Sequence record: PV662128.1
DNA: 64,000 bases
Direction: 5' to 3' (one strand)
This document shows positions 26,863 through 37,969 of the stretch, piece after piece. Below the pieces are notes generated by a model. It searched no databases. It had not been told where the DNA came from and saw nothing but the letters and a program-made list of their open reading frames with translations. Positions within the stretch are counted from its first letter, which is position 1; every line of letters begins with the position of its first letter. Position numbers and translations under genes: made by a program.

Positions 26863-28881
26863 TTATGCTTGCAGATATTCTAAGTTAACGATAATCGTTA
26901 AATTCGTATATGTTCCGGCGGGTAAAGTGTACACTGTACTTCCAGACCCCAATCTAAATCTAATATTCCAGGATGCGGCATCGACGGTAGGTGTTATGAC
27001 GGTTCCGTCAGTAATGTGGGAGAAGTAGGCCTTACCTATCCCCTGACCCGCCACATCCCACGCCCCGTTATTATTGGGGGTTGTTATATTAATTTCCGAA
27101 TTCGCCGCTACAGTCAAAGAACTAAAGTTAACATATATTGTGCAATATAGAAGTTTACCATAAGTATAGTATGTCGTTTTAGCGGTCGTCGGCGTTACCA
27201 CGGTGCCGGCTAATGACACCTTAGGGGTAGCTGTTCCGGTCGAATAATTGAACTGAGGTCCGCCGTCGTAAAAAACGATAGGCTTCATTTTACAATAGGT
27301 TCTATAAAAATCATAGAGATATGTTTGAACCTGAGATGACGGATTCCATTCCCTAAGGGCGAACAACCTGTAATCAGTAGTGTCTAACGCCCATGTTTCG
27401 TTAATTTGCCCTACACTGGTAGAAACTCTTGCGTTGGCTGACGGCTTACCGGGCCGGGAGAAGATAACAGTTTGGCTTTCCAGCCCCCCACCGCCTTCTA
27501 CCCCCCAAATAGTAGTTGAGGCTCCCCAAGGATCAGCCACGTCTATCCCATAGTAGTTGCCCGATGACGCGCCCACGCCGCGGGCAATTAAACCAACCGA
27601 TTCGATCATCGCGTTAATAACTTTACACGTGGTGGTGCAGTTATCCATATACACTGGCGCTCTAATCGTAAATAAAGTTTTCAGCACTTTTATTACATTA
27701 AGAGAGTTTTGTCTCGAGTAACGACTGGATATGTACCTGGCTCTTCCAGTAATTCCTCTGAATGGCTGGATAGAATAACTGTTGGAAGAACCATTGGTTA
27801 ATCTCCCCCCGGTTGCGGTGGTCTTACTATTATTTTGTTTAAAGAAATAGGTGTTAAAAAAGTTATTAATCGCGTCATGGACAGCAGCATCAGTCCCGGT
27901 ATAAGGATACCCTGTAAAGCAGAGATACTCGTAGCTGGAACTGTCGCACCATCCTAATGGCCACACGTCGGTGCCGGGATAAGGCGGAACATAAGCACTA
28001 CTGGTTGCGTTATTGCGTTGCAACCACCAACCCCCAGTTGTATCCCCCGCATAACCCGTTATGGTGATATGACCGTGATTACACTGTTCCTCCCCTTGCT
28101 TAACCCCGGCGATTCCAACCGAAGAAAATTCAACATCGTCTTCGAAGGACTTATAGGAAATTCCTCTTACTATTCTGCCAATCAGAGCGTTAGAAATTTT
28201 TAAATTTCTCAGTTGATATTGAACGGTACCGTTAATCCCATTAGCTCCTTCTATATAAAACATAGCTGGCTGGGTTAAAACTACTTTATCGGCTGATCTG
28301 CTGAAGGTAGAAATTAAATTTGTTGTAAACCTTCCCGACCCGATTATAACCGACCCGTCGTAAAGACGCAGATGCGCGGCCAGGTAATAAACCGTTTCTG
28401 GCGAGAGATTAGCATCAGTTCCTGCCGTTACCCACGCCGGATAGGCCGTTCCGTCGTCAGCAGGAAGAGGAACTGATTGGGGAGCCGTCAAGCAATAATA
28501 GGTTCCCGACAACCAGACTGCCATCGATTTGGCTTTACCGTAATCAATGGCGGCTTGAATATAAGGGACAGCATCTTCTGTAATCCCATGTAAATATCGG
28601 TTGCCGTTTATTCTCATCATTTCGGGAGTGACGTATTTCATCCCGTCCTGCACGGTCCCACCTTGTTCTATCCCTATGCTATTCCCCCCGGTGGACCCTA
28701 TAAGCGAGGAAAAGAAATTACTGACTTGAACCGCCAACCCTTTTAAAGTAAATCTCGAATTACCAAAACGATCCTGGTAAGTTTCGTTATCGCTATTAAC
28801 GACTTCGTCGATCTTCTCTGCATTGAATCTGACATCTATAGCAGTACTGCTGGGTATATCGTTTTGTGTTGGAGTCGTCAT
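26863..28881 (-). CDS. Tailspike / putative depolymerase 7 (only convincing - strand gene)
   Basis: MTTPTQNDIPSS..DVRFNAEKIDEVVNSD..YQDRFGNSR; GIEQGGTVQD..VTPEM; GGAGGG SD on - strand. Confidence 0.88.
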   Translation of the reverse strand: MTTPTQNDIPSSTAIDVRFNAEKIDEVVNSDNETYQDRFGNSRFTLKGLAVQVSNFFSSLIGSTGGNSIGIEQGGTVQDGMKYVTPEMMRINGNRYLHGITEDAVPYIQAAIDYGKAKSMAVWLSGTYYCLTAPQSVPLPADDGTAYPAWVTAGTDANLSPETVYYLAAHLRLYDGSVIIGSGRFTTNLISTFSRSADKVVLTQPAMFYIEGANGINGTVQYQLRNLKISNALIGRIVRGISYKSFEDDVEFSSVGIAGVKQGEEQCNHGHITITGYAGDTTGGWWLQRNNATSSAYVPPYPGTDVWPLGWCDSSSYEYLCFTGYPYTGTDAAVHDAINNFFNTYFFKQNNSKTTATGGRLTNGSSNSYSIQPFRGITGRARYISSRYSRQNSLNVIKVLKTLFTIRAPVYMDNCTTTCKVINAMIESVGLIARGVGASSGNYYGIDVADPWGASTTIWGVEGGGGLESQTVIFSRPGKPSANARVSTSVGQINETWALDTTDYRLFALREWNPSSQVQTYLYDFYRTYCKMKPIVFYDGGPQFNYSTGTATPKVSLAGTVVTPTTAKTTYYTYGKLLYCTIYVNFSSLTVAANSEINITTPNNNGAWDVAGQGIGKAYFSHITDGTVITPTVDAASWNIRFRLGSGSTVYTLPAGTYTNLTIIVNLEYLQA

Positions 28882-28994
28882 CTCTCCCTCCGACTATAAA
28901 AATTAACGGTCACGCATATTACTATGTATGACTCCTAATGAACTTGGGTCATAAAATTCAACATGATATTAATCCACACTATTGAGGTTTTATT

Positions 28995-29282
28995 ATGAAA
29001 TTCACTTCTGCTGTTGCGAAACTCAAACCCGGTTACGGGATTCAGTGCACTGATTGGAACGGTAAAAATCAGTTTGTTTTCGATGCCTCTTTGACCATGT
29101 CTCTCGTTGAGGCACGCAAGCAGGGATTCCCGGGCCCGGTTAAACTGAAACCGGTTTACGTGTTGCATAACGCTAAAGGTGAGCTGCAGCCTGGTTGGGT
29201 GCCGTCTCAGGGTGATCTGCGCAACGAGAACTGGATCGTTGTCAAAATCAAAGACGCGTTAGCGAAGTCCGCGGTCATTTAA
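28995..29282 (+). CDS. tad2: DUF2829 / Tad2-family nucleotide-signal sponge
   Basis: MKFTSAVAKLKPGYGIQCTDWNGKNQFVF...GWVPSQGDLRNENW matches Tad2 WNGKNMF...WVPSQTDVLAEDW. Confidence 0.85.
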   Translation: MKFTSAVAKLKPGYGIQCTDWNGKNQFVFDASLTMSLVEARKQGFPGPVKLKPVYVLHNAKGELQPGWVPSQGDLRNENWIVVKIKDALAKSAVI

Positions 29283-29378
29283 TCCGTTCTTAAATCAACT
29301 TGGAGTTTTTTATAAACCTATATGGTCTAGGTATACAGACAGTATAAATTTTTTAATTAACTCTTTGAGGGCGGAATT

Positions 29379-29795
29379 ATGTTTAACTTAGAATCCAATA
29401 CTAACCTGCGTGTCGCTGCTCGTCGTTTAAATGTTGCTGAAATGAACGAAGAAGTTGTCAAGCATTTTAAAGCTCACAATTCAGATCCCAGTTTCTGGGT
29501 TGGACGCAGCACTTCTTTAGGGATAGTAGCGGCGCACATTTTCTTTAACAAGGGCGCGGCGGCTAAAGTAGCTTTTAAAGCAGGTATGGTTGTAGCGAGT
29601 TCTTACTACGCCATATTGCATAGTGACAAAAGCGAAAACGTGTTAGCATTGGTTGCTAAGAACACTCCGGTTGATTTTCCAGCACACTGCATCGCTGATA
29701 TGGCAGACCTGATTACTAAGTATATCGACGTGAGAACAACTGAGCATACTCAGCCAAACATCACCAACATTATCCTTAAAAAAGTCAGGGTGTAA
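29379..29795 (+). CDS. Hypothetical protein
   Basis: 138-aa ORF, GAGG SD, AT-rich upstream region. Confidence 0.7.
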   Translation: MFNLESNTNLRVAARRLNVAEMNEEVVKHFKAHNSDPSFWVGRSTSLGIVAAHIFFNKGAAAKVAFKAGMVVASSYYAILHSDKSENVLALVAKNTPVDFPAHCIADMADLITKYIDVRTTEHTQPNITNIILKKVRV

Positions 29796-29797
29796 CC

Positions 29798-29983
29798 GAG
29801 TCGGCTATTGGTCAATAGCCGACTCTAATAATAAAGGGTGAGAAATCACCCTTTATTACACATTTAGTGAGCAGGTGATAAGGATTTATGACGGGATGAT
29901 TTCAAAGATATTCTCTTTAATCGTTACCCCACAAAATGCGCCTATTAGAACTTATGTAGGGGTGGGCTTCCACCCCTACATAA
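29798..29983. other. Cluster of three strong hairpins
   Basis: 29798-29825 GAGTCGGCTATTG-gt-CAATAGCCGACTC; 29829-29858 TAATAAAGGGTGA-gaaa-TCACCCTTTATTA; 29952-29983 TTATGTAGGGGTGG-gctt-CCACCCCTACATAA. Confidence 0.8.
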
Positions 29984-30079
29984 TAAAGGATCCTAATCAT
30001 GCATCATGTTTATCATTGGGCGACATTCATACCACTCTACAGTATTTTCTTCTGGAATATGGGAGGAGAATACTGAGAG

Positions 30080-30340
30080 ATGGTAAAGGATGGTTTATTT
30101 TTTCGCTATTTTTTATTTTTTCGCTCCGATAATGGGGGTATTACCATAGAAGATCTTAAAAGTCAAATAAGCTACGTCAGCTCCCGTAATTGTGTGTATT
30201 CAAATCAGACCAAAACATCAACTGTTTACACGACCGTGATCGTTAACAACGTTCCTATCATTACACCCATAGAAACTACAAAGTATTTATGGAAATGTCC
30301 TGAGGGACTCATTTGGTTTGACATATCCCCTAAGGAATAA
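30080..30340 (+). CDS. Hypothetical protein
   Basis: 86-aa ORF, GGAGGAG upstream. Confidence 0.5.
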   Translation: MVKDGLFFRYFLFFRSDNGGITIEDLKSQISYVSSRNCVYSNQTKTSTVYTTVIVNNVPIITPIETTKYLWKCPEGLIWFDISPKE

Positions 30341-30388
30341 AACCCCACTATTAAATTTCAATTCTACATTATTTGAATGGAGTAGTCA

Positions 30389-30577
30389 ATGAAATGCAAT
30401 CACGATTTTGAAAAACCAACTTACGAATTCTTAAAGAAGGAGTTGGGGTTCTTTCATTGCTTTAAACGAACGTGTAAACAGTGCGGTCATGTTCACCAAC
30501 AAGAAGTGAAACGTAAATCAGATGCACCTCTCTGGGCTAAAGAAGCAGAAGAGGTATTTCATTATCATAAATTTTAG
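30389..30577 (+). CDS. Small Cys/His (Zn-ribbon-like) protein
   Basis: CNH...CKQCGH; GGAG SD. Confidence 0.65.
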   Translation: MKCNHDFEKPTYEFLKKELGFFHCFKRTCKQCGHVHQQEVKRKSDAPLWAKEAEEVFHYHKF

Positions 30578-30589
30578 GAGTTAATATCC

Positions 30590-31156
30590 ATGGGTTTCTT
30601 TGTTTCTGAAAATGGTCTAAAGACAAAGGGTCTGAGAACACCTAATTGCTCTTGGATTAAAAATGCAAATGATCGATTCTATTCAATCGATAATGGTTGG
30701 GAGCGGTATATGAAAGCCTCTACAGAAGAGATCATTAATGGGGTAAAACACATTAACCTCAGTTCGCCTGATTTTGGCATTAACAATATTCTGATTAGTT
30801 TAATCGTTAGATTCAATACCGATATTCGTTTGAGCAAAATCTTCAAGAAGGTTAACAATAATGACGTTCCTTCTTTGTTTAACGATAACGACTACGTTAA
30901 ATGCTTTACCCAACGTCCTTACGTAGAAAACGGGTTATTGAAATATAACCGTTGGACGGTAGGGAAGAGAAGTCTACTTAAAATACAGTCTCTTGACCCA
31001 ATAGGATATGGTCATGAAGGATTTAACCTTATTACTATCGCTAATCCAAAACCCAAATTAAAGGTCCGATTTACAAGAAGTGATAAACCAGGCTACGTTA
31101 ATTTCGTTGTTAAGGAACAACCTACCGGCAACGACTGGGAGAAAGTTCATGACTAG
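30590..31156 (+). CDS. Hypothetical protein
   Basis: 188 aa, TTTAGGAG SD. Confidence 0.7.
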   Translation: MGFFVSENGLKTKGLRTPNCSWIKNANDRFYSIDNGWERYMKASTEEIINGVKHINLSSPDFGINNILISLIVRFNTDIRLSKIFKKVNNNDVPSLFNDNDYVKCFTQRPYVENGLLKYNRWTVGKRSLLKIQSLDPIGYGHEGFNLITIANPKPKLKVRFTRSDKPGYVNFVVKEQPTGNDWEKVHD

Positions 31157-31625
31157 ACGTAAATTACTTTCTGGTGAGTCCATTACTCGATTAGAGAAGA
31201 AATTATTAAGTAACATGGAAGGTCGCTCTCTAAGGGGAAGAAGAAAATTTAAAAGCACTGGAGGGGGTTCCTCATCTTTTCTTTCCGGACTCAGGATCGG
31301 AGATATGTGCCGGGACTCTGAATTGGAAATAAAACAGTTAGGGAATCGATTTTACAGACACGCATCGGATTTACATGTAGGTGAGGACACAGTAATTCCC
31401 GTTTACAGTCAATTGTTAGATTCACCCCCTCAATCAGCTCTAGCTGTAAAGCAGACCGGATGCTCTGCAATACGGACTCCCACTACCGATCTTTTGATAC
31501 AACAAATTGAAAAGGAAGTTCATCGGGTTTGGGATGAAATAACTAGATCACCCAATCCCCCAGATTTTAATAGCTGGGGGTACGTCGTCACCGTCGATAT
31601 TAAAACGGGTAAAGAAAATGGCTAA
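31149..31625 (+). CDS. Basic hypothetical protein (start moved to ATG 31149)
   Basis: Overlaps upstream stop and downstream start. Confidence 0.55.
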   Translation: MTRRKLLSGESITRLEKKLLSNMEGRSLRGRRKFKSTGGGSSSFLSGLRIGDMCRDSELEIKQLGNRFYRHASDLHVGEDTVIPVYSQLLDSPPQSALAVKQTGCSAIRTPTTDLLIQQIEKEVHRVWDEITRSPNPPDFNSWGYVVTVDIKTGKENG

Positions 31626-32112
31626 ACGAGGATTATCGTCGAGTCCTTATAAAAGCAGGCTCGAGAAGAAAAAGTTGGATAAGAGGGGAACTGGGCTTTT
31701 CACAGGACCTAAATTGAGGGGACGTAAAGGTATTCAACAGAGAGTTCAGATGGATTCTTTCCTGGAAAAGGTTATTGCTGACGCCGAATCATGGGCGGAA
31801 CGACAAAAGACGGAAGAGTGGTTAAAGAATCCTCTTTATCCCTATTGGCGTAAGGATCCCTTTGAAGTAAGAAATTCGGGGGTTGTCCCTCCCCCTGCGT
31901 TTTCCGGTAAAAACTACCGAATGCTTTCTGAAACGCTTAAAAATCTTGTGTTGGCTAAAACTATCCCTAGTGCTTCTGTGGAAGCACTGAATGGATCGGC
32001 CAATCGTCAGGAAAGTATCTACGAAACATTCTCTTTTTATACCCACAAAAATATTGACCTTAGAGATTACCGTAAAGTTCACGGTCGTCCATTAACTACT
32101 AACGGATTCTAA
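31618..32112 (+). CDS. Basic hypothetical protein
   Basis: K/R-rich N-terminus, 164 aa. Confidence 0.65.
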   Translation: MAKRGLSSSPYKSRLEKKKLDKRGTGLFTGPKLRGRKGIQQRVQMDSFLEKVIADAESWAERQKTEEWLKNPLYPYWRKDPFEVRNSGVVPPPAFSGKNYRMLSETLKNLVLAKTIPSASVEALNGSANRQESIYETFSFYTHKNIDLRDYRKVHGRPLTTNGF

Positions 32113-32113
32113 C

Positions 32114-32467
32114 ATGGCTAAATCTATTTGGAAACCGGGTGTTAAAATCACTCGTAAAGAAAAGAAAGCACTTCGTCGTTTAATGCCTCATCCTAACAGA
32201 GGTCGTCAGTTATATCAATGGAAAGCCGAGAATGCCCGGATTTCTAGAGTCATGGAAGGTGTAATGAACGACGACGGGACTCTGAATCTAGTTGAGGTCG
32301 CCAAGCGAGCAAAGCCCTTTTCATTATTAGCGATGAAGAAAGAGTTTTATTTTGAAGAGTTTAAGCCTTCCGGCGAAAAACACTACTTCCCTACCACCAA
32401 TGAAGAAATAAAAGGAGTACATCTTCGTGGCCAAGCCAGTGACGTATCGTCAGTTCCTAAAGAATAA
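32114..32467 (+). CDS. Basic hypothetical protein
   Basis: 117 aa, K/R-rich N-terminus. Confidence 0.65.
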   Translation: MAKSIWKPGVKITRKEKKALRRLMPHPNRGRQLYQWKAENARISRVMEGVMNDDGTLNLVEVAKRAKPFSLLAMKKEFYFEEFKPSGEKHYFPTTNEEIKGVHLRGQASDVSSVPKE

Positions 32468-32681
32468 CGACATTCCCAAGGATAAGAAAGAACCTCTTAT
32501 TCCTACTACAGCGGTATTACTACCGAAACCTGAGGTTCCTAAAGGTCTCAATTCTAGTCTACGCAGTACCGACGGGACGGGGATAGATACCTTCGGTAAT
32601 TTGGATGGCCGGTCTGGAAAGATCGAAATGCTCAACGCCAAGTACGCTCACGGAGAATGGTTTACTTGGCCTAACAAATAG
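32427..32681 (+). CDS. Hypothetical protein (start uncertain)
   Basis: Fills the gap between neighbours; 41-nt overlap with upstream ORF. Confidence 0.4.
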   Translation: MAKPVTYRQFLKNNDIPKDKKEPLIPTTAVLLPKPEVPKGLNSSLRSTDGTGIDTFGNLDGRSGKIEMLNAKYAHGEWFTWPNK

Positions 32682-32689
32682 GAACTGGA

Positions 32690-34062
<1,373 letters not shown>

Positions 34063-34533
34063 ATGACCGTCAATATTTGTATAGGTCATGCGGAGATCTC
34101 ACCGCGTGATCAGGATGACTTAGACGACGAAATGAATATCGTCGTTGAGGCCATTGAAAGAGATGACGAAGTTCCGTTTAGTTTAGGAATATGGGAGTCC
34201 AACCAGCTAGATTACAATTATGGTTTTTTGGAGAATTTCTGTCGGGAAGTGGGTATATTGGATATCTTCTTTTGTGTTTATGTCAATGGTGATGGATCTG
34301 AGAACCACGTAGAACTTTATGGGTATCCAGGAGTGAAGTGGTTATCAGACAACACGCTTAGATCTTTTAAGAATGCCCTGAATAGTTATCAGGTCAAGTA
34401 TCCGGATATAAAGATACAGGACGAGATAACTTCAGACACAGTAAAAGTTTATTTACATATTTTAACCTGGTTGGTCTATTGGTCTGAACGAGCTTTAAGA
34501 GATGCCAAAAGACCCGGAATCGAAATCAGTTAG
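34063..34533 (+). CDS. Acidic hypothetical protein
   Basis: 156 aa, directly adjacent to the DHFR stop. Confidence 0.7.
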   Translation: MTVNICIGHAEISPRDQDDLDDEMNIVVEAIERDDEVPFSLGIWESNQLDYNYGFLENFCREVGILDIFFCVYVNGDGSENHVELYGYPGVKWLSDNTLRSFKNALNSYQVKYPDIKIQDEITSDTVKVYLHILTWLVYWSERALRDAKRPGIEIS

Positions 34534-34543
34534 AGGGATAAAC

Positions 34544-35104
34544 ATGAAACAGAAATTTCATCAAGGCGATTTGGTTTTTATAAAAGAAGACCTCGGACCA
34601 TACATGTCCCATTTCCAAAGTGGGTGTCGGGCCATCGTTCAGTACAGTTACAATGATCGTTACGGCGATAAAGATAAATCAAAAGAGTTTAAAAATGAGT
34701 CTGATATCAGCTATTCTCTTTGGTTGGAAGGGAGGGGTAGTGTTGCCTGGTATCATCAGGACCAACTCATTCTCATTGAGGCGGGGAGAAGCGATCTCTT
34801 AGAACGGTGGGAAAAGGAGGAGGAAGAGAAAAAGGTTAGGGAATCCGATCTGGATTACATCTTTTCCATTAAAGATCCAAATCAACTAGGTTATTACAGT
34901 CTGCAAGCCTTGGCTGACGTAATGGAACTGGGGTCGCTTTGGGGTTCAAGAGGAGAGGGTGTGGATTTGGTCCGTAACCAACACTCCATGCGTATTCTCT
35001 TTAGCCGGTTCGTATTGTGTGAAAACCCAAAAGAAGAATTTCTGAAAGCTGTGGATGAGTTTAAAGAGAAAGTTCGCTCTGACAAAATCGACACACAGAT
35101 TTAA
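34544..35104 (+). CDS. Hypothetical protein with KOW/SH3-like N-terminus (start moved to ATG 34544)
   Basis: KFHQGDLVFIK...AWYHQDQLILI; GAGG SD. Confidence 0.65.
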   Translation: MKQKFHQGDLVFIKEDLGPYMSHFQSGCRAIVQYSYNDRYGDKDKSKEFKNESDISYSLWLEGRGSVAWYHQDQLILIEAGRSDLLERWEKEEEEKKVRESDLDYIFSIKDPNQLGYYSLQALADVMELGSLWGSRGEGVDLVRNQHSMRILFSRFVLCENPKEEFLKAVDEFKEKVRSDKIDTQI

Positions 35105-35159
35105 TCAGGTCTTTAATATCCTGTTGTAAATTCAATTACTAATTTTAGGAAAAAATATC

Positions 35160-35594
35160 ATGAGTAACGAAATAGAAAAACCAGATTGCTTTTATATCGC
35201 TGAAGGTCATCTGTCAGGATGCTGTTCCATGTCTTTCGACATAGAGGGCTTCTTAGAAGATAATGATGTCGATGAAGCTTTGATTGAAAGTCTGGTTGGC
35301 GGTTATCTCGAAAGGGAAAACTACGAAGACGGACTTCGTTATTTTGAGGCACTAGTGACCGTCTCGGAAGAACGGATTGGAAGCGGATTCAAAACTCACA
35401 CTGTAAAGCGTCACACTCTCCATATCGAGGCTGTCAATGAAGAAGCCGATACCCTAAAACTCGTTATTGACAACATCGACACGAAAGACTTCAATGCGTT
35501 GATCGAACGTTACAATGGTGTTATCGCTGCCTTTGATGAGAATCGTCAGTATTCTCTGTACTCGGCCTTTGCAACTGCTTTGCAATACTGCTAA
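35160..35594 (+). CDS. Acidic hypothetical protein
   Basis: TTTAGGAAAAAATATCATG start identical to that at 10920. Confidence 0.75.
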   Translation: MSNEIEKPDCFYIAEGHLSGCCSMSFDIEGFLEDNDVDEALIESLVGGYLERENYEDGLRYFEALVTVSEERIGSGFKTHTVKRHTLHIEAVNEEADTLKLVIDNIDTKDFNALIERYNGVIAAFDENRQYSLYSAFATALQYC

Positions 35595-35619
35595 TTTAAT
35601 CTATCTTTAGGGAAAAATC

Positions 35620-36219
35620 ATGTCTGATATCAAACGTATCGCCGACCTTATGTACCAATCAGTTATTCAGAATAATCCAGGTATTCTAAAAGCCGGATTG
35701 GTCGTCATTGCCACTGATCAAACTGAAATGGTGAAATCATCGGTTTATTTTTCTCACTCTCCTCTTGTTTATGGCGCGCCCGGAATCGACGAGAAAATAA
35801 ATGAAGTTGCTAAGAAATACGGCCATCATTTGCATCACCTCGACAACGTTAAAGTGATCATAGATGCCAATCAGCGAGTAAGAGCGGCGTTGTTACACTC
35901 TCAGTGTTACATGCCCTACGTACCTCAAACGCAATACCGATCCACCAGTGTGGTGGGTCCCCTCCCCGGTTATTATCAACAAGAGAACGTCGACGGTAGC
36001 CGCGTTGAGATTGTGGGATTCTCTGATGTGAATGCATTCCCCGAGGATGTTTTCTCACTTTATGATTCGTTATGTGGGGTGCTCGAACAAAAGGTGCGCG
36101 CTAACCCAGTCGGTAACCAGAGAGCATCAAGTAACACACCCCACGACGATTCGTGGGAAAACCCCACTATCAGTGTCACCCCCGGAGCTGTTATTCCGAA
36201 CAGACACGAAGGTATCTAA
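35620..36219 (+). CDS. Hypothetical protein
   Basis: 199 aa; TTTAGGGAAAAATCATG start. Confidence 0.7.
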   Translation: MSDIKRIADLMYQSVIQNNPGILKAGLVVIATDQTEMVKSSVYFSHSPLVYGAPGIDEKINEVAKKYGHHLHHLDNVKVIIDANQRVRAALLHSQCYMPYVPQTQYRSTSVVGPLPGYYQQENVDGSRVEIVGFSDVNAFPEDVFSLYDSLCGVLEQKVRANPVGNQRASSNTPHDDSWENPTISVTPGAVIPNRHEGI

Positions 36220-36247
36220 CCGTAACCTAACTCCATGGGGAATAAAA

Positions 36248-36616
36248 ATGATAGTTAGACTTGTTGTGAACCAACATTGTCGTTTAGGTTGGTGGTTCGA
36301 AAGAGAATATTTCTCCTATAATAACCGCGATCTGAGAGACCTCGCCCCTAAGAATGGTGAGAAGTATTGTTCTGGCGGGGAACATGGCGTCAACCTACTC
36401 ACGGATAAAGGTGATGAGATCAGGGCGTGGTTAGAACTCGTCAAAGAAACTTATCCGGTTATTGAAGAAGAGATCGGTTTACTTCTTAAAGAAATCGGAA
36501 ACAGTAAAGGTGGTTTTTACGACATGCGTAAAATACTGCAGGATCGTAAACCCTCTTTACTTTGGCGGTGGTCTCCATTGAACAAAGATTTCTTACCTCC
36601 TTCTGTATTTAACTGA
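36248..36616 (+). CDS. Hypothetical protein, paralog of 39798-40190 (start moved to ATG 36248)
   Basis: RLG...DLRDLAP...WLELV..YP..EE..L..LLW pattern shared with the paralog. Confidence 0.7.
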   Translation: MIVRLVVNQHCRLGWWFEREYFSYNNRDLRDLAPKNGEKYCSGGEHGVNLLTDKGDEIRAWLELVKETYPVIEEEIGLLLKEIGNSKGGFYDMRKILQDRKPSLLWRWSPLNKDFLPPSVFN

Positions 36617-36626
36617 GGGCTGTCAA

Positions 36627-36971
36627 ATGAACGAATTTTTAACTAAGGAATGGGAGTTTTTTCAACTCCTCATTTTTCAGGGGCGATTCGGAAGTTTTTA
36701 TTCTGTTATCACCCCACATTCATATTCCGATAAAATACGCGCCATATTAACGGAAGGTGGGGACTCGGCGTTGGATTACGAAGTTGTTATCGAAGCTGAA
36801 AAATTGATTACCTCCGATGAAACATTTTATCCTGGCGCTCACGGTACGACGATTGAAGAAGCGCTTGACAAATTAAAAAATAAGTTTGAAAAGATTAGCG
36901 CCGACGGTTCAGTTATTTATGGTATGACCGTAGATATTATAAATAAATTAGAACACGATTACGGGATTTAA
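36627..36971 (+). CDS. Hypothetical protein
   Basis: 114 aa, GAGG SD. Confidence 0.7.
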   Translation: MNEFLTKEWEFFQLLIFQGRFGSFYSVITPHSYSDKIRAILTEGGDSALDYEVVIEAEKLITSDETFYPGAHGTTIEEALDKLKNKFEKISADGSVIYGMTVDIINKLEHDYGI

Positions 36972-37060
36972 CTTTTTACAGTGCGCAATAAGACAAGGAT
37001 GTCGTCAACACAGCTTAGTGCTGTTTCGAGTCAACTAATTAAACTCAACGAGGAATAACC

Positions 37061-37936
37061 ATGTTAAGAAATGTTCATGAATGTGTCCGCGCTATTGATA
37101 TTTATTCCGGCGTAGTGATGTCACTTAGACTGAACGAAGACGATCGACTAAAACGATTCACTGCGTCGATTATGATCTCCGACAGAAACAATAATCGATT
37201 TTTAATTCTGCGTGATGAGATTAGAGTGTTCTCACAGACTATCCGGGAGTTCGTACATGGAATTGGATCTTCCCCTAATCCAATCGCTCCTAAGCTCCAA
37301 TACGTCGTAACTGAACACGTGAAAGAAAAACAAGTTAATATTTCTTTTAAAGGAACGACAATAAAGGTGGGTGGGGACAGAGATCTTAAGATTAACCTTA
37401 CCGAGATTCTCGAAACAATCTATCTGTGGCATGGCTACATGCATTTGTGGGTAGTTTACGGAGAGATTAACCATGGTGAGTTGGACAAACTAAATCGAAG
37501 AGTGTTACTCAATGAAGACTCCGGTATATTCCTTAAAGTCCTAACTCGACAAGGCAACATTTCCAATGCCTTAAGTACCATTACCCTGAGACATTCTCGA
37601 GGAAATAAAAAAGAGCTAGCGATCTCTAACCGAACTCAGTTCTCGATGACAGCTTCTGGAACCGTAGGTAAGGAGCTATTGGGTTTGATTATTGAGACGC
37701 TTCAATCTCATCCTATTTTAGGTGAGCGAAAAGGCCATATTAAAGAACTGGTTGGAAAATATGTTTTCGTTTGTTCTTTGATAAAAGTACCTCGTCAAGA
37801 GAATCTCGATCGTCATCAACTGTCTATTATGAGCGAAGTCGGACCTTATCCTCAAGCTATCCGATTGTATTTTGAAACCGACAGAGAAAAGAAAGAAATA
37901 CTGGAAGCTTTAGAAACAGCATTAGACTTAGCGTAA
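37061..37936 (+). CDS. Hypothetical protein
   Basis: 291 aa, GAGG SD. Confidence 0.75.
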   Translation: MLRNVHECVRAIDIYSGVVMSLRLNEDDRLKRFTASIMISDRNNNRFLILRDEIRVFSQTIREFVHGIGSSPNPIAPKLQYVVTEHVKEKQVNISFKGTTIKVGGDRDLKINLTEILETIYLWHGYMHLWVVYGEINHGELDKLNRRVLLNEDSGIFLKVLTRQGNISNALSTITLRHSRGNKKELAISNRTQFSMTASGTVGKELLGLIIETLQSHPILGERKGHIKELVGKYVFVCSLIKVPRQENLDRHQLSIMSEVGPYPQAIRLYFETDREKKEILEALETALDLA

Positions 37937-37939
37937 TAG

Positions 37940-37969
37940 TTACTCCTACCCGTAATAGGGTAGGAGTAA
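37940..37969. repeat. ACTCCTAC hairpin family, copy 3
   Basis: TTACTCCTACCC-gtaata-GGGTAGGAGTAA; loop is the reverse complement of the copy 1 loop. Confidence 0.9.

Noticed and set aside
11982-28881. DGR or invertase-driven switching of tailspikes
   Set aside because: No reverse transcriptase, template/variable repeat pair, recombinase or flanking inverted repeats seen in the window
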